A stretch of DNA of 64,000 nucleotides from an uncultured Acidobacteriota bacterium (lineage in GTDB: Bacteria; Acidobacteriota; Vicinamibacteria; Vicinamibacterales; Fen-181). Shown here in pieces: positions 50,601-59,422 of this stretch. Location: the NCBI GenBank assembly GCA_963844875.1, contig CAWJPZ010000005.1, positions 24,681-88,680 of the forward strand, written 5' to 3'. The notes beneath the pieces are model-generated. The model was not told the origin of the DNA. It made no database searches and saw nothing but the letters and a program-made list of their open reading frames with translations. Position 1 is the stretch's first letter. The number at the start of each line of letters is the position of its first letter. The translations under genes were made by a program, and so were the position numbers.

Positions 50601-50903
50601 GCCTCGGCCGACCTGGCCGCCAGGTGCGACGCCCTCGAAGGCGACCTGCACAACCCGAGGGCGGAGGTCGTGTACGACATCCTCGCACAGCGGGGCGGGA
50701 CGAAACTGTACTCCCGCATCAGCCCGCTGCTCTCGTGGATCGTGGAGGGCGACGGCGCGCCAACTCCGGGCGCGCGCGAGGTCTACGCCGAGCAGCAGAG
50801 AGAACTGGGTGGCTACGAGGCGCGGTTCAAGGCGATCGTCGAAGGGGACCTTGTCGAAGTGAACAGGCTGGCGGCGTCGCTCGGCGCCGGTTTCATCATC
50901 TAG
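47631..50903 (+). CDS. Secreted BNR/Asp-box repeat protein (sortilin/VPS10-like, about 1090 aa)
   Basis: ATG 47631 follows an AGGAGG ribosome-binding site. It has a signal peptide and about ten SxDxGxTW Asp-boxes (SGDGGSTWK, SLDAGNTWK, TRDGGRTWQ, SRDGGDTWK, SDDGGETWE...). Confidence 0.8.
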   Translation: MIGRLRTVLPGAALTVSALLGLLTTPAVILAQAAAPPPPRSQSAVSAPQPKAADTTPVPPERLDQSPKSIPELKGLKYRALGPSRGGRVDRVAGVPGNPRVYYAATAASGLWKSGDGGSTWKPIFDDQAVASASSIAVAPSDPNVLYLGTGEANIRGDVQAGDGIYKSLDAGNTWKHVWVQEGQIGTIIVHPKNPDIAFAAVLGRAFGPNPERGVFRTRDGGRTWQQVLKKDADTGASDVAFDPSNPNILFAGLWQARRSPWDLVSGGPGSGLYVSRDGGDTWKALTGKGLPEGIWGKVGVAVAPTDGRRVYALIEAAEGGLYRSDDGGETWERASGHHALRQRAWYYSTLTVDPANANVVWFPQVPMLKTVDGGRTITAVKGIHHADHHDLWIDPANPLRMIDANDGGVDITVNGGETWFAPPLPLGQFYHVAVDTRVPFRLSGAQQDIGTAAAPSNSLNTSGLLLSDWYSVGGGEAGHTAHNAADPQIIYAGEYLGYISAYDERTRQSRNISAWPENPSGHGAEDMRYRFQWTAPIALSPHDPHVLYHGANVLFRSADDGRTWTAISPDLTRNDKSKQKWAGGPITGDNTGVETYCTIFAVAESPKQKGLIWAGSDDGLVHVTRDGGTTWTNVTAAMPGMPEWGTVSLIEPSPFDAGTAFVVVDAHRLDDTKPYLFKTADVGRTWTRLDARLDRATYLHAVREDPARKGVLYVGTERGVVASPDAGATWQPLQLNMPTVAVHDLVVKDNSLVVATHGRSFWMLDDLAAVRGMSPEVSAAPAHLFPITEAIEWRYASGGPEAGAGQNPPPGAAIYYYLKEKPAGEVTLEIKDQEGRLVRMLTSRPKTLDASYEWEAEEAETDPKKPDLEAEPGVRRAIWDLRWAGAEKIPGGKLDAGDPKAGPRVLPGTYTVTLTAGGVSKTAPLVVRQDPRVTVPPADLANQVSLALAVRDDVTKLTRMVKRLRAISKQASDRVALLQADPKMAALSKASADLAARCDALEGDLHNPRAEVVYDILAQRGGTKLYSRISPLLSWIVEGDGAPTPGAREVYAEQQRELGGYEARFKAIVEGDLVEVNRLAASLGAGFII

Positions 50904-50932
50904 GACCCTGGTTCGCGCGGCTCACCAGCCTG

Positions 50933-51844
50933 CTACCGCGCCGGCACGACCGTCATCTGCACGCAGCTGGCGGCAGGGGTGGTGACGGTGGACGACCGGA
51001 TCGCCTTCATCATCTCCGCCGCGAGGATAGCGTAGCCGGCGTCGTTGGGGTGGAAGCCGTCGGACGAGAAGATCGACGCGTTGCCGAACTGGCCGTTGCA
51101 GAGCAGGTCCACGACCGGGATCCCCTGCGAGGCGAGCGGGTTGATCGCCTGCGTGCTGAAGCCGACCGAGATCTTCTGCATCATCTGCCGTTCCTCGAAC
51201 GTGTAGCCGGCCGTCATCGGGATGGCGGCGAAGTTCGGCAGGTTGGCCACCACGATGCGGGCGCCGGGGACGCGTTCCTTCAGGCGCGCGATGAGCGTGT
51301 TGTACTCCCCGGCGAACGCCTTGATCTGCTGGTCGATGAAGCCCCACGGGTCGCCCCCGCCGGCGCCGCTGCGGATGGTGGCGCCGACGGTGTTCACGTC
51401 GTTGCCGCCGGCAAAAATCGTGACGAGCGTCGTGTTGCGGGGAACGAAGGGCACCTCGCCGTCGATGAAGTTGCTCGGCACCGAGCGGTTGTACTGCGCG
51501 GCGAGCGCCTGGACGCCCGGGCCGATGACCGCGCCGGGGATTCCGAGGTTGACGACGGTGACAGTGGATCCCTGGTCCTTCAGCTGCCGCGCGATCGCCT
51601 GCACGTAGCCTGCGCCGTTCGGGCAGTCCGTGTACGGGATGCAGGGTGCGCTCGACCCGAAACCAATCGCGTCGCTCGCGCCGATCGCGGTGTAATAGAT
51701 CGGCGTTCCGGCTGTCGGCGGGCCGCTCGGGGAAGCGGGGTTCGAGTTCTTGGAGCACCCGGCCGCAAAGAGGGCGGCCAGGCACGTGAGCGACGCCGCT
51801 GCGCGCCGAAATCGTGGTGGGAGCAGTGACGTCGTCATGATCAT
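50933..51844 (-). CDS. SGNH/GDSL-type hydrolase lipoprotein
   Basis: It has the lipobox LFAAGCS, block I AIGASDAIGFGS, block III FAGGNDV and block V SSDGFHPNDAGY. Confidence 0.75.
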   Translation of the reverse strand: MIMTTSLLPPRFRRAAASLTCLAALFAAGCSKNSNPASPSGPPTAGTPIYYTAIGASDAIGFGSSAPCIPYTDCPNGAGYVQAIARQLKDQGSTVTVVNLGIPGAVIGPGVQALAAQYNRSVPSNFIDGEVPFVPRNTTLVTIFAGGNDVNTVGATIRSGAGGGDPWGFIDQQIKAFAGEYNTLIARLKERVPGARIVVANLPNFAAIPMTAGYTFEERQMMQKISVGFSTQAINPLASQGIPVVDLLCNGQFGNASIFSSDGFHPNDAGYAILAAEMMKAIRSSTVTTPAASCVQMTVVPAR

Positions 51845-51952
51845 CGAGGCTGACGCAAATGCGATGCCGCCGAGGGGCCAGGACGAATCGCACACCGGGC
51901 CCGGTTTTGGTTACGGTTCTGTGATCGTTGCAGCAATTCCGCAGAAGCGCAA

Positions 51953-53484
51953 GTGAACGTGACACAGCAATTGCCGCTATTTCGTCGGGCGGCCAAGTGG
52001 GCCGACCGGACTGCGTTGGACGGCGCCGGTGGACGGGCGAGCTATGCACGCGTGCTCGACGCCTCAGCCTGCGTTGCGACCCGGCTGCTCTCGGGCCGGC
52101 ATGACCTCAACGAATCGCCGGTGGTGTTCCTCGTGCCCCCAGGCTTGCCCTACGTTGCGGTGCAATGGGGCATCTGGCGGGCGGGTGGCATGGCGGTCCC
52201 GCTGGGCGCGGCCCAGGCTCCAGCGGAATGGGTCTACATCCTCGAGAATGCCGGCGCCGGCGTCGTCGTCGCGGGCCACGACGGAGCGCTCGAGGCGGTT
52301 GCCGCCGCCCGCCGCATCCCCGTCCTGCGCGTCCCCGACCTGGTGGCCCCGATCGCGGGCTCGGCCTCGCTGCCCGAGATCGGAGAAGGCCGGCGAGCGA
52401 TGATGCTCTACACGAGCGGGACGACCAGCCGCCCGAAGGGCGTCGTCACGACGCACCGGAACCTTGCCGCCCAGGCCGCATCGTTGACGAAGGCGTGGGG
52501 GTGGACCTTGGAGGATCGGGTCCTGAACGTCCTGCCGCTGAACCACGTGCACGGGATCGTCAACGTTCTCGGTTGCGCCCTCTGGTCCGGTGCGACGTGC
52601 GAGTTCCTGGCGCCGTTCGACCCGGTGGCCGTCTGGAACCGCCTGGCCGACGGCGGCCTCACGTTGTTCATGGCGGTCCCAACGATCTACGCAAGGCTGC
52701 TCGCGGCCTGGGAGTCGGCGCCGCCAGGGCAGCGGGCGCGTTGGTCCGAGGGGGCGGCAAGGCTGCGCCTGATGGTGTCGGGCTCGGCCGCGCTGCCGGT
52801 CTCGACGCTCGAGCGATGGCGCGCGGTGACCGGGCACGTCCTCCTGGAACGCTACGGGATGACCGAGATTGGCATGGCGTTGTCGAATCCCTGGCGGCCG
52901 AACGGCGTCCCGGGTGCGTGGGCCAACCGCTGCCTGGCGTCGCCGTGCGACTCGTGAACGAGGCAGGCCTCGAGGTGGCGCCGGGCGAACCGGGCGAGAT
53001 CGAGGTGCGCGGGGACACGGTATTCCTCGAGTACTGGAACCGTCCCGATGCGACGCGCGGCGCGTTCCGGGAGGGCTGGTTTCGCACCGGCGACATCGCC
53101 GTCGTCGACGCGGGGAGCTACCGGATCCTCGGGCGCCAGTCGGTGGACATCATCAAGACAGGCGGCTACAAGGTCTCCGCGCTGGAGATCGAGGAGGTGC
53201 TGCGCGAACACCCGGACGTCCGCGAGTGCGCCGTGGTTGGCGTGCCGGACGAGGAGTGGGGCGAACGCGTGGCTGCGGCGATCGTGCCGCGGCACGGCGG
53301 GGATGCGCTGCCGGTCGAACGCCTTCGCGAGTGGGCCGGGCCCCGGCTGGCAAAGTACAAGCTGCCCACGCTGGTGCGCCTGGTGGACGAACTTCCGCGC
53401 AACGCGATGGGCAAGGTCGTCAAGCCGCGTGTGACGGAGCTGTTCCTTTGCAGGCCGCAGGCCTCAGGCCGCGAGCCGGAGTAG
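51953..53484 (+). pseudogene. AMP-dependent acyl-CoA synthetase (malonyl-CoA-synthetase-like); one frameshift
   Basis: It has the AMP-binding motifs MLYTSGTTSRPKGV, YGMTE, FRTGD and KTGGYK. The shift is at a CCC run near 52888-52891 (...[22 protein letters not shown]...). The last ~11 codons lie in a heptamer array. Confidence 0.8.
53451..53478. repeat. Short heptamer array CAGGCCG CAGGCCT CAGGCCG CGAGCCG
   Basis: It forms the 3' end of the acyl-CoA synthetase ORF (translated ...[11 protein letters not shown]), immediately before a TAGAAT hexamer. Confidence 0.6.
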
Positions 53485-53487
53485 AAT
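53482..53487 (+). promoter_or_regulatory. Candidate -10 box TAGAAT
   Basis: gagTAGAATcta lies 23 nt before TTG 53511, and a GGAGGA ribosome-binding site follows at 53498-53503. Confidence 0.3.
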
Positions 53488-53510
53488 CTATCGCTTCGGA
53501 GGACCCCAGG

Positions 53511-55940
53511 TTGCCCAAGGATCAGGACGATCGGCCGCAGTCGTTGTTCGACCTCGAAGAATACGTGAAGGCGTCGGCCGGCCAGCCGCCGAGTTGGCCG
53601 CCCCTCGCCAATCGCCCGCCGGCCGGCGGGGACGGCGAGGCGGTGGCGCTGCACGAAGCGGCCCAGGCGCGGTACCTGAACTACGCGCTGTCGGTCATCA
53701 CCTCGCGCGCCCTGCCGGACGTGCGGGACGGGATGAAGCCCGTCCAGCGGCGCATCCTCTTCACGATGTGGCAGCAGAACCTCACCGCGTCGGCCAAGCA
53801 CCGCAAGTGCGCGAAGGTGGTCGGCGACGTGATGGGAAGCTACCACCCGCACGGCGACTCCGCGCTCTACGAGACGCTCGTCCGGATGGCGCAGCCGTTC
53901 TCGCTGCGGTACCCGCTCGTCGACGGTTCGGGGAACTTCGGATCGCTGGACGGCGACAGCGCGGCCGCGATGCGGTACACCGAATGCCGGCTCGCCCGCA
54001 TCAGCGACGAGATGCTGTCGGAGATCGACGAGGACACCGTCGCGTTCCGGCCAAACTACGACGGGACGAAGACCGAGCCGGTGGTCCTGCCTGCGCGCCT
54101 GCCAAACCTCCTGGTAAACGGGGCGACCGGCATCGCGGTCGGGATGGCCACGAGCATCCCGCCGCACAACCTGCACGAGGTGTGCACCGCGCTGATCAAG
54201 CTGCTCGAGAACCCCGACCTGAGCAGCGTCCAGTTGTGCCGCTACGTGAAGGGCCCCGACTTCCCGACCGGCGGCCAGGTGTTGAACTCGCCCGACGAGC
54301 TCAAGGAGATCTACAAGACCGGGTCCGGGTCGATCCGCCTGCGCGGCACGTGGACCGAGGGACCGACGACCCGCGGGTCGAAGACGATCTACATCACCAG
54401 CGTTCCGTATGCGGTCAACAAGTCGCAACTGGTGGAGCGGATCGCGGAAGTCGTGGTGAGCCGGAAACTCGGGGCCTTGCTCGACGTGAAGGACCTGTCG
54501 GCCGACGACGTCCGGATCGCGCTCGAGATCAAGCGGGACGCCGACGAGAAGATGGTGCTGGCCTATCTCTTCAGGCACACGCCGCTCCAGACCAACTTCG
54601 CCGTCAACCTCACGTGCCTGATCCCGACGGAGAACCCCGAGGTCTGCCGCCCCGAACGCCTCGACCTGAAGTCGATGCTCTGGCACTTCCTGCACTTCCG
54701 GCTGGAAGTGGTGACCCGGCGGCTGGAACACGAACTGGCGGCCCTGCGCCGTCGGATCCACGTGCTCGAAGGCCTCGCCACGGTCTTCGACGCGCTCGAC
54801 GAGATCATCCGGATCATCCGGAAGTCGGACGGCAAGCAGGACGCGGCCCAGCAGATCATCAAGCGCTTCGGGCTGGACGCGGAGCAGACGGACGCGATTC
54901 TCGAGCTGAAGCTGTACCGGCTGGCGCGCCTCGAGATCCTCGTCATCCGGAAGGAACTCGACGAGAAGCAGAAGCGCGTGCGCCAGATCGGCACGCTGCT
55001 GCGCGACGAGGACGCCCGGTGGAAGCTCGTGCGCGGCGAACTCGCGGACCTCCAGCAGAAGTACGGCAACCCGAAGATCGATCCGCGGCGCACGCTGCTC
55101 GAGCCCGCCGGCGAGGAAGTGGAGTACACCGCCGACGACTTCATCGTCGAGGAGGACAACGTCGTCATCGTCTCGCGCGACGGCTGGGTGAAGCGCCAGA
55201 AGGAAGTGCGCGACCTGGCGACGACGCGGCTGCGGGAGGGCGACAGCGTCCTCGCCGTCCTGCCGGGGAGCACCCGCGCGACGGTCGCATTCTTCACGAA
55301 CTTCGGCGTCGCATACACGGCGAGGATCGTCGACGTGCCGGCCTCGACCGGCTACGGAGAGCCAATCCAGCGGCTGTTCAAGTTCCGCGACGGCGAGCGG
55401 GTGGTGAGCGCCGTCAGTCTCGACCCGCGGGTCACGCGCGGCATCACCCCCGCGAAGGAAGGGGCGGTTCCGCCGACGCACGCGCTCGCGGTCACCAGCG
55501 ACGGCTTCAGCCTGCGGTTCGGACTCGAGTCCTTCGTCGAGGCGAGCACGCGCGCGGGCCGACGCTACGCGCGGCCGGTCGAGGGCGCCGAGGTGGTGAA
55601 CGTCGCAATCGTCCACGGCGACGAGACGGTCATCGCGGTCACCGAACAGGCGCGCGCCATGCTGTGCAGGCTGGACGAGGTGAACTACCTGTCGGGCCCC
55701 GGCAAGGGCGTGATCCTGATCAAGCTGAAGCCCGGGGAGGACCGTGTGCTGGGCTTCATCGCCTCGAAGGGCGACCGGGACCTGTTGACGGTCGAGACGA
55801 GCCGCGGAGCGGAGCAGACGATCAGCACGACCAAGTACGAGATCACCAGCCGCGGCGGGCGCGGGCGGGAACTGCTGCAGCGCGGGCAGTTCACGCGGGT
55901 GCTCGTGCCTCCGCCCGAGATTCCACCGCCGCTGCAGTAG
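53511..55940 (+). CDS. Type IIA topoisomerase A subunit (topoisomerase IV ParC / GyrA family)
   Basis: It has [18 protein letters not shown], an HPHGD block and the catalytic Tyr in [10 protein letters not shown], plus a beta-pinwheel C-terminal domain. The TTG start is inferred from the ribosome-binding site. No B subunit gene is adjacent. Confidence 0.85.
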   Translation: MPKDQDDRPQSLFDLEEYVKASAGQPPSWPPLANRPPAGGDGEAVALHEAAQARYLNYALSVITSRALPDVRDGMKPVQRRILFTMWQQNLTASAKHRKCAKVVGDVMGSYHPHGDSALYETLVRMAQPFSLRYPLVDGSGNFGSLDGDSAAAMRYTECRLARISDEMLSEIDEDTVAFRPNYDGTKTEPVVLPARLPNLLVNGATGIAVGMATSIPPHNLHEVCTALIKLLENPDLSSVQLCRYVKGPDFPTGGQVLNSPDELKEIYKTGSGSIRLRGTWTEGPTTRGSKTIYITSVPYAVNKSQLVERIAEVVVSRKLGALLDVKDLSADDVRIALEIKRDADEKMVLAYLFRHTPLQTNFAVNLTCLIPTENPEVCRPERLDLKSMLWHFLHFRLEVVTRRLEHELAALRRRIHVLEGLATVFDALDEIIRIIRKSDGKQDAAQQIIKRFGLDAEQTDAILELKLYRLARLEILVIRKELDEKQKRVRQIGTLLRDEDARWKLVRGELADLQQKYGNPKIDPRRTLLEPAGEEVEYTADDFIVEEDNVVIVSRDGWVKRQKEVRDLATTRLREGDSVLAVLPGSTRATVAFFTNFGVAYTARIVDVPASTGYGEPIQRLFKFRDGERVVSAVSLDPRVTRGITPAKEGAVPPTHALAVTSDGFSLRFGLESFVEASTRAGRRYARPVEGAEVVNVAIVHGDETVIAVTEQARAMLCRLDEVNYLSGPGKGVILIKLKPGEDRVLGFIASKGDRDLLTVETSRGAEQTISTTKYEITSRGGRGRELLQRGQFTRVLVPPPEIPPPLQ

Positions 55941-55949
55941 GAGCCGCCG

Positions 55950-56903
55950 ATGCGCGTCATCGTGTGCGTGCTGGCGGCCGCGTTCTTCGCGGCCGGGTGC
56001 GGCCGCGAGGTGCCGGAGCAGCCGCGCACCCGCATCCGTTTCGCCTCGGGGACGCCGGACGGCGGTTTCTCGCCGTTCGGAGACGCGCTCGCCCGCGAGT
56101 ACGAGCGCGTGCTCCCCAGCCTCCAGGTCGTGCTGCAGGAGAGCGAAGGCCTGGCGAGCGGCATCGAGGCGATCGAGCGCGGCGACGCCGACGTCGGGCT
56201 GTCGTACGCCGACGTCGCCTACCTGGCCTACATGGGCCGCCTCGAGGGAAGGGGGCAGGCGTTCAAGCGGCTGCGGGGCATCGCGATGCTCCAGTTGACG
56301 CGCATGCACGTCGTCGTCCGGCCGGGCGCCGGCATCGCGCGCGTCGAAGACCTGCGGGGCAGGCGCATCAGCATCGGGCGAGTGGACCCGACGGCCGGGG
56401 CGACCACGGCCGCGATGGTGCTCGGGGCCTACGGAATCGATCTCCGGTCCGTGACCCTCGAGTCGCTGCGCCATGAGGAAGCGGCGGTCCGGCTGGCCGA
56501 TGGCTCGCTGGATGCCCTCCTGGTCAGCGGGAGCTACCCGCTCGACGCGGTGACGCACGCCACGCGGGCAGGGGGGCGGATCCTGTCCGTCGACGGTCCG
56601 CTGATCGACCGGCTTCGCCACGCCTACCCGTTCTTCAACCGCGCCGTGATCCCTGCCGGCACCTACCCCGGGCAGACGACCGCCATTCGCACGATCGGCG
56701 TGGACAGCTTGCTCGTGTGCCGGGCCGAACTCCCGGAGCCGCTGGTCCACGATCTCACCCAGCGCCTGTTCGAGATCCTGCCCCTGCTGTCGTCGTCGAA
56801 TCTCGCCCAGGGGCCGCCCGACCCGGATCGGGCCGCGGCCACGCCCATCCCGCTGCACGACGGGGCCGCCCGCTACTACCGCGAGCGCGAGTTGTCCCGA
56901 TGA
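55950..56903 (+). CDS. TAXI-family TRAP-type solute-binding lipoprotein (orphan)
   Basis: It has the lipobox FFAAGCG. It is TAXI-like throughout (IRFASGTPDGGFSPFGDALA..., ...PLHDGAARYYRE). No TRAP membrane component is in the window. Confidence 0.75.
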   Translation: MRVIVCVLAAAFFAAGCGREVPEQPRTRIRFASGTPDGGFSPFGDALAREYERVLPSLQVVLQESEGLASGIEAIERGDADVGLSYADVAYLAYMGRLEGRGQAFKRLRGIAMLQLTRMHVVVRPGAGIARVEDLRGRRISIGRVDPTAGATTAAMVLGAYGIDLRSVTLESLRHEEAAVRLADGSLDALLVSGSYPLDAVTHATRAGGRILSVDGPLIDRLRHAYPFFNRAVIPAGTYPGQTTAIRTIGVDSLLVCRAELPEPLVHDLTQRLFEILPLLSSSNLAQGPPDPDRAAATPIPLHDGAARYYRERELSR

Positions 56904-58580
56904 GGGGCAAGGTGTCGCGGCGCGACTGGCTCCCCGGCCTGGCGGGCTGGATCGTGGCGGGCGTGAGCCTCTCGCTGGCGCTCCTGATCTGGTTCAACTA
57001 CCGCGCCGTGTCCGAGTGGCGGCACTCGGAGGAATTGCTGGCCGACCGGCGCGCCGCCGAGGCGGTGGACGCCGTCGTCGGCTCCCTCAGCCGCAACATG
57101 CGCGGGGTGCAGGACTGGTTCCTGCCGGCGTGGTGGGAGGAACTGTCGCTCGAGCCGCGCGACGACGCGCGGAACCTCGTCGCGTCGGCCTTCGCCGGCT
57201 ACGCCTACCCCGAGTCGTTCTTCACCTGGCGGAAGGGGGCCGGCGACGCCGACATGACGTTCTACAGCCGGTCTGACCGCCCGCCGGCCTGGCTCGCGAG
57301 CCGCCCGCCGGCCGGCCCCTTCCCGGTCTTTCTCCATTCCGCTCCCGCGGCGGCGCTCGAGATCATGAAGCGGCTGCACGCCGATGCCGCACCAGGTCGC
57401 CCCTTCCTCGTGTTCGAGACGGAACTGGCCGGCGAGCCCTACCAGATCGTGTCCCGGCTGTTCTACGAAGATGCGTTCCGCGAGCGGCCCGTGGGCCTGG
57501 TCGGTTTCACGGTGAACCTGCGATGGGCCCGCGAGCAGTACTTTCCCGAGTTCGCCAGGCAGATGGCGAGGATCGGGAGCGGGTTCGCGGTCGCCATCGT
57601 GGACGGGAGGGGCAGGCTCGTCGCAGGAACGATGACGCCGTCCTCGCAGGGGCCAATCGTTCGCCGCTGGTTTCCGATGACTTTCTTCGACCCCGTTCGC
57701 ACCCGCCTGGCGGCGTCCCCGGAGGGCTGGCAGGAGTCGTGGGCCGTGCAGGCCGGGGTCCGCAGCGACGCGGAACTCTCGGTGGCGGTGGCTGGCTCGA
57801 ATCGCACGCTGCTGACCGCCGCGGTCGCCACCGCGATGCTGTTCATGGGCCTCGTGCTGACGGCGAGGGCGGCCCGGGAGAGCGCGCGGGTGGCAGGGAT
57901 GCGCTCCGAGTTCGTGTCGAGCGTCACCCACGAGTTGAAGACGCCCATCGCCACGATCCGGGCCATCGGGGACACGCTGATGCGCGGGCGCCTGTCGGAC
58001 CCCAAGGCGATGCAGGACTACGCCCACCTGGTCGTCCAGGAGTCGAAGCGGCTTGCACGGCTCATCGACAACCTGCTCGCCTACGCCCGCATCACCGACG
58101 TCACCGAGGTCTACGCGTTCGAAGCCGTGGACCTCGCCGGGGCGGTGGACGAGGCGCTGCAGACGTATCACGCGCAGCTCGCCGCCGCCGGCTTCGAGGT
58201 GCAGGTGGACGTGCCCAGGCGACCTCCCGCCCGTGCGGGCCGACCGCGTCGCGCTCGGACTGGTGCTGGACAACCTGCTCGACAACGCGATTCGGTACTC
58301 GCGCGCGTCGCGCTGGCTGGGGATCCGCGCGGGGCGAGGGGACGGGGCGCAGGTCGAGTTGGCGGTCATCGACCGGGGCGTCGGCATCCCGGCCGAGGAA
58401 CTGGGCCAGGTGACGCGGCGGTTCTTCCGCGGGCGGCGGGCGACCTCCGGCGGCAGCGGGCTCGGCCTTGCCATCGTCAGCCGCGTGGTGGACGATCACG
58501 GCGGGCGGCTGGCGATCGAGAGCCGGTTCGGGACGGGAACCACCGTGCGGGTGAGCCTGCCGGTCGCGGGGCAGGGCTGA
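56900..58580 (+). pseudogene. Sensor histidine kinase with a large periplasmic domain; one frameshift
   Basis: An ATGA overlap links it to the TAXI gene. It has two TM segments, the H-box SSVTHELKTPIATI, the N-box DNLLDNAIRY, and the G-boxes DRGVGIP and GSGLGLAIV. The shift lies near 58216-58218 (...QVDVP|GDLPPVRADRVAL...). Confidence 0.85.
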
Positions 58581-58583
58581 CGG

Positions 58584-58646
58584 CTGAATGTTGAATGCGG
58601 AATGTAGAATGCCGAATGCAAGAACGCCGAGTGCAGGACGCGTAGC
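58584..58646. repeat. 7-nt-periodic array (NNGAATG)x5 followed by degenerate heptamers
   Basis: CTGAATG TTGAATG CGGAATG TAGAATG CCGAATG CAAGAAC GCCGAGT GCAGGAC GCGTAGC. It fills the entire HK-RR intergenic gap and contains TAGAAT at 58605-58610. Confidence 0.85.
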
Positions 58647-58649
58647 GGC

Positions 58650-59321
58650 ATGAAGAAGAAGATCCTGGTCGTCGAGGACGATGCCGCGCTGGCGCGCGTG
58701 CTGAGGGACAACTTCGTGTTCGACGGGTTCGACGTGGAGTGCGCGGCGGACGGGCACGAAGCGATCCGGAAGTCGCGCGAGTTCTCGCCGGACCTCGTGA
58801 TCCTCGACGTCATGCTCCCCGGGCAGGACGGGTTCGAACTGGTCGGCCCGCTGCGCAGCGGCGGGCAGACGCCCGTGATCATGCTGACCGCGCGCGGCGC
58901 CAAGGCGGACAAGCTGCGGGGGCTCGACCTCGGGGCCGACGACTACGTGACCAAGCCGTTCGACCTCGAGGAGCTGCTGGCGCGGGTGCGGGCCGTCCTC
59001 CGCCGGGCCGGCCCCGGCGTCGAGCGTGTCGCCCTCGGCGAGGTGCTCATCGACTTCAAGACGATGCAGGCCACGCGCCGCCGCGAGGTCCTGCACCTGA
59101 CGCACCGCGAGCTCAAGCTGCTGCGGTACCTGGCCGAGCGGCAGGGCCGCGTCGTCCACCGTGACGAACTGCTCCGGGAAGTGTGGGGCTACCCGGCGAC
59201 GCCGGAGACCCGGTCGGTGGACCACGCCGTCGCGCGCCTCCGCAAGAAGGTCGAGCCCGACCCGCGCCGGCCCCGCTACATTCACACCGTGCACGGCGAC
59301 GGGTACCAGTTGACGCCCTGA
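58650..59321 (+). CDS. OmpR-family response regulator
   Basis: It has a receiver domain (DLVILDVMLPGQDG, K at ...VTKPF) and a winged-helix trans_reg_C domain (...IHTVHGDGYQL). Confidence 0.9.
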   Translation: MKKKILVVEDDAALARVLRDNFVFDGFDVECAADGHEAIRKSREFSPDLVILDVMLPGQDGFELVGPLRSGGQTPVIMLTARGAKADKLRGLDLGADDYVTKPFDLEELLARVRAVLRRAGPGVERVALGEVLIDFKTMQATRRREVLHLTHRELKLLRYLAERQGRVVHRDELLREVWGYPATPETRSVDHAVARLRKKVEPDPRRPRYIHTVHGDGYQLTP

Positions 59322-59422
59322 CGCCCGCGGCCGGTGCGACAACTTGCGACAATCCCCGGGCCGGACCGCTCCTATACTCTTCCGACATCTGCCGGTCGGG
59401 CAACTCATTGGAGGACGAAGTC

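Noticed and set aside
53166-56858. A 1230-aa minus-strand ORF, and similar giants (42810-45572 +, 47970-49982 -, 59609-61894 -, 15224-17545 -)
   Set aside because: These are antisense or off-frame shadows of clearly homologous genes (topoisomerase, tricorn-like protease, BNR protein, TonB receptor, argH). Their composition is low-complexity and Arg/Pro/Gly-rich, and they match no recognisable family.
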